Sequence record: ON529860.1
Strand: one strand, 5' to 3'
Length of the DNA: 64,000 nt
Positions 61,679 to 64,000 of this stretch are shown here, piece by piece. Positions within the stretch are counted from its first letter, which is position 1. Each line of letters begins with the position of its first letter. The notes beneath the pieces were generated by a model, which saw only the letters and a program-made list of their open reading frames with translations, ran no database searches and was not told where the DNA came from. Position numbers and translations under genes: made by a program.

Positions 61679-61894
61679 CTAGCGGCGGCCAGCCCCTTGG
61701 GTCTTTTGGGCCAGGCGCCGCTCGCGCCCGGCGGTCCAGCCCCGGCGGTAGGCGTCGCCGATCTGGCGACGGTCCACGCCCGCCGCCCACGACATCCGGT
61801 TGTCGCGGCGCCCGTATTCCAGCCCGGACTCGGCGTCGATGACGCCGCCGTGATATTGCGCCATCAGGGCGCGTTCCGTGACCGGGAGCCCCAT
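61679..61894 (-). CDS. early hypothetical protein
   Basis: QY..G..DA...; AYRRGW pattern. Confidence 0.65.
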   Translation of the reverse strand: MGLPVTERALMAQYHGGVIDAESGLEYGRRDNRMSWAAGVDRRQIGDAYRRGWTAGRERRLAQKTQGAGRR

Positions 61895-62118
61895 CAGTGA
61901 ACCCCGCCCAGCCGGGCGGCGCGCTGGTCGTCGTTTTCCATATAGAAGTGACCGTCGATGCGGTAGATGCGTTTTCCGGCGTCATAGGGGCGCAGGCCCC
62001 CGAACGCGACTTGGAAGGTGGCGGGGGCGTCGCCCACGTAGAGGGTCGCGCCGTCCGGCTTGACGCAGACGGCGGCCCCCTCGCGGACCTGAACGGTTCC
62101 GATCAGGCGGCGGGCCAT
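61894..62118 (-). CDS. early hypothetical protein
   Basis: Coupled to both neighbours. Confidence 0.65.
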   Translation of the reverse strand: MARRLIGTVQVREGAAVCVKPDGATLYVGDAPATFQVAFGGLRPYDAGKRIYRIDGHFYMENDDQRAARLGGVH

Positions 62119-62417
62119 CAGGCGGCGGCCTTCTTGGCGGCGGGCTTATAGCCCTCGACGCGGCCTTCCAGCAGGGCGGACCCGTCCAGCGGACCCTCGA
62201 ACGAGTCCACGTCGTCCATGGCCGCCATCGTCACGGCGCGGAAGGCCTTTTTGCGGACGACGGAATTCACCGCCCCGTCGTTGGCGCGGCTGACGGCGCG
62301 GTAGCAGGCTTCGGGGTGAGATTGAGCGCGGACGGTCTGCTTATAGACGCCCATGTCGTCGCCCATCCAGAACAGGACGACGAACTCTTGGCGTTCGGGG
62401 CGGATCGGGTGTTGCAT
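62118..62417 (-). CDS. early hypothetical protein
   Basis: MQHPIRP start; CtrA box at 62469. Confidence 0.65.
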   Translation of the reverse strand: MQHPIRPERQEFVVLFWMGDDMGVYKQTVRAQSHPEACYRAVSRANDGAVNSVVRKKAFRAVTMAAMDDVDSFEGPLDGSALLEGRVEGYKPAAKKAAA

Positions 62418-62568
62418 CGCGGGTGGTCCCTTGCGGTGGTTTGTTCCCTTATACATAGGGGACAGAAGTTAACAAGAGGTTAAGACGCGAAAGTTTTTTG
62501 GGCGGGGCAGGCGGGCGTTAACCTTAACGACGGGTTAATGGATCAGCGGCCCCGAAGGGCCGCCCCTG

Positions 62569-62988
62569 TCAGGCCGCGACCGGCTGGCGCAACAGGGTCC
62601 ACAGGCGGTCCATCGCCTTGTTGACGACGTGGGGCGACCCGACGCCGAACGGCGTGACGTTGACCACGTCGGCGGACTTCCAGACATAGGCCCGGATCGT
62701 CGCGACGCGGGGTCCGTGCGGCGGCTGTTCGGTGGTGACGAACAGGGTCACGCCCAAGCCGTGGAAGTCGTAGAAGCCGCCGGGGAACTTCGTGCCGAAG
62801 CCCTTCATGGCGCCTTTGTCGAACCAATGGCCGCGACGGCGGCGGTCGTAATCGCGCTCGATGTTGGCGAGGCAATTGCTCGATCCCTCGAAGGCCGGGC
62901 CTTCGTGCGGCGCGGGGGCGGCGGCGGCCAGCAAGCCCGGCAGGGCGGCGGCGGCGGCGAGGGCGATGCGTTCGGCTTGGGTGGTCAT
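62569..62988 (-). CDS. early hypothetical protein
   Basis: GHWFDKGAMKGFGTK motif; GGAGA SD; CtrA box at 63030. Confidence 0.75.
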   Translation of the reverse strand: MTTQAERIALAAAAALPGLLAAAAPAPHEGPAFEGSSNCLANIERDYDRRRRGHWFDKGAMKGFGTKFPGGFYDFHGLGVTLFVTTEQPPHGPRVATIRAYVWKSADVVNVTPFGVGSPHVVNKAMDRLWTLLRQPVAA

Positions 62989-63135
62989 GGTCGTCTCCGG
63001 TTTGATAGGTCCAACCTACAGGGGAGAAGTTAACAAAGCGTTAACGGCCGTCAAGGCCTTTCTGGCCGCGCGTTAAGGTTAACGGCGGGCGGGCGACAGG
63101 GATGCGCCCCGGCGCGAGGCCGGGGCGATCCTGGG

Positions 63136-63456
63136 TCAGCCGATCAGGCGCGTCTTGAGCGTCGCCCGGCCTTCCGGCGTCAGCTTGGCGCGTTGGGCGC
63201 GGAGGAAGTCAAGCCCCTTTTGATAGGAGTCGATCCTGCCGCCGTATTGGCGCTCCAACCACTTCAACGGCTCCGGGTAATGCGAGGCGTAGAAGGCCAC
63301 GCGACCCGGCCTGATGCGGGGGAACAGCTTGGCGCGGGCCTCTTTGATCGAGGTCGCGCCGGGGACGGGCAGTTCCGCGACCACGCGCCCCTTGCGGAGG
63401 ATATGGGCCGTGTTCAGTTCCGGCGCGTAGGCGTGGCGTTCGAGGATCAGTTTCAT
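63136..63456 (-). CDS. early hypothetical protein
   Basis: GGAGA SD; CtrA box at 63499. Confidence 0.75.
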   Translation of the reverse strand: MKLILERHAYAPELNTAHILRKGRVVAELPVPGATSIKEARAKLFPRIRPGRVAFYASHYPEPLKWLERQYGGRIDSYQKGLDFLRAQRAKLTPEGRATLKTRLIG

Positions 63457-63509
63457 CGGTCGTCTCCGTTTCGATCCTTAGACCATAGGCGACAGAAGTT
63501 AACAAGAGG

Positions 63510-64000
63510 TTAAGAGGTGAAGTTTTCCAGATAGCGGCGGCGCATCCCCGCAACCGTCGTCGGCGTGACCCGGACAATGTCGGCGTTTTTGCGCATCATG
63601 TCCGCCCGCATGAACGACGTCGTCGCCAATTGCAGGGTGTGATTCACGCAGGAATGATAGCCGTCTTTCAGGCGTTCAATCGGCCACGTCGCCGGATGCA
63701 GCTTGGCGCGTTCCAAGGTCTCCAACGGGATAGGCACGGCGAGGTCGTCGCGATGCTGATCGGACTCCGTCCGCTCATAGGTCGCGCCGCGCGGATAGAC
63801 GCCCAAGATCAAATCCCCGTTGTTCAGCCGGAACCACGTCAGGCCGGAACGCCCGTCGTCGTCAACCGCTTGCGCCAGCACGTAGCGGGCCACGGCGGCG
63901 TCCGCCGGGACGGCCCACGCCACAACCGAATCGAGCATATTGCCGTCTTCGTCATGGGCGAAGATCGCGGACGGGGGGCCAGGTTCCTCCACGACGCCGG
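63510..64000 (-). CDS. hypothetical protein, truncated by the window edge
   Basis: Open to the end of the window. Confidence 0.65.
   Translation of the reverse strand, partial: GVVEEPGPPSAIFAHDEDGNMLDSVVAWAVPADAAVARYVLAQAVDDDGRSGLTWFRLNNGDLILGVYPRGATYERTESDQHRDDLAVPIPLETLERAKLHPATWPIERLKDGYHSCVNHTLQLATTSFMRADMMRKNADIVRVTPTTVAGMRRRYLENFTS

Larger units (their letters stand above)
51829..63513 (-). promoter_or_regulatory. array of at least 23 CtrA boxes (TTAA-N7-TTAA) forming gene-by-gene early promoters
   Basis: Sites at 51829, 52655, 52951, 53422, 53792, 54232, 55256, 55301, 56208, 56253, 56343, 56754, 57681, 58155, 58668, 59659, 60309, 60924, 61593, 62469, 62524, 63030, 63499. Confidence 0.85.

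Overview
A 64-kb segment of a GC-rich, phiCbK-like jumbo siphophage that infects Caulobacterales (Caulobacter/Brevundimonas). Nearly every gene is on the minus strand. In transcription order (right to left): (i) 51.5-64 kb, a terminal-repeat-like early region of small genes, most with their own promoter carrying a CtrA box (TTAA-N7-TTAA, at least 23 copies), including ArdC, an ArfA-like peptide and an Rmf/CrpP-like peptide; (ii) a trypsin-like protease, the portal and about 45 small accessory genes (Ntn hydrolase, HD and DHH phosphohydrolases, DEDD exonuclease, HNH); (iii) scaffold, major and minor capsid genes, then a fibre/filament module ending in a 3019-aa protein with eight ALK/LTK-type Gly-rich domains; (iv) a cluster of 20 CCA-encoding tRNA or tRNA-like genes mixed with unexplained structured RNAs; (v) a metallophosphoesterase, DUF4170, GapR and peptide deformylase. 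The strongest unexplained signals are non-coding. One is a ~510-nt highly structured plus-strand RNA with its own sigma70 promoter, three DnaA boxes and a terminator, preceded by a 56-aa ORF, inside the morphogenesis module. Others are a probable leader-peptide attenuator whose codons mirror the downstream tRNAs, a 218-nt one-piece tmRNA-like RNA, and a 119-nt tRNA mimic with a kissing-loop insert in its D-loop. All family assignments come from motif recognition by eye; no searches or folding programs were run.
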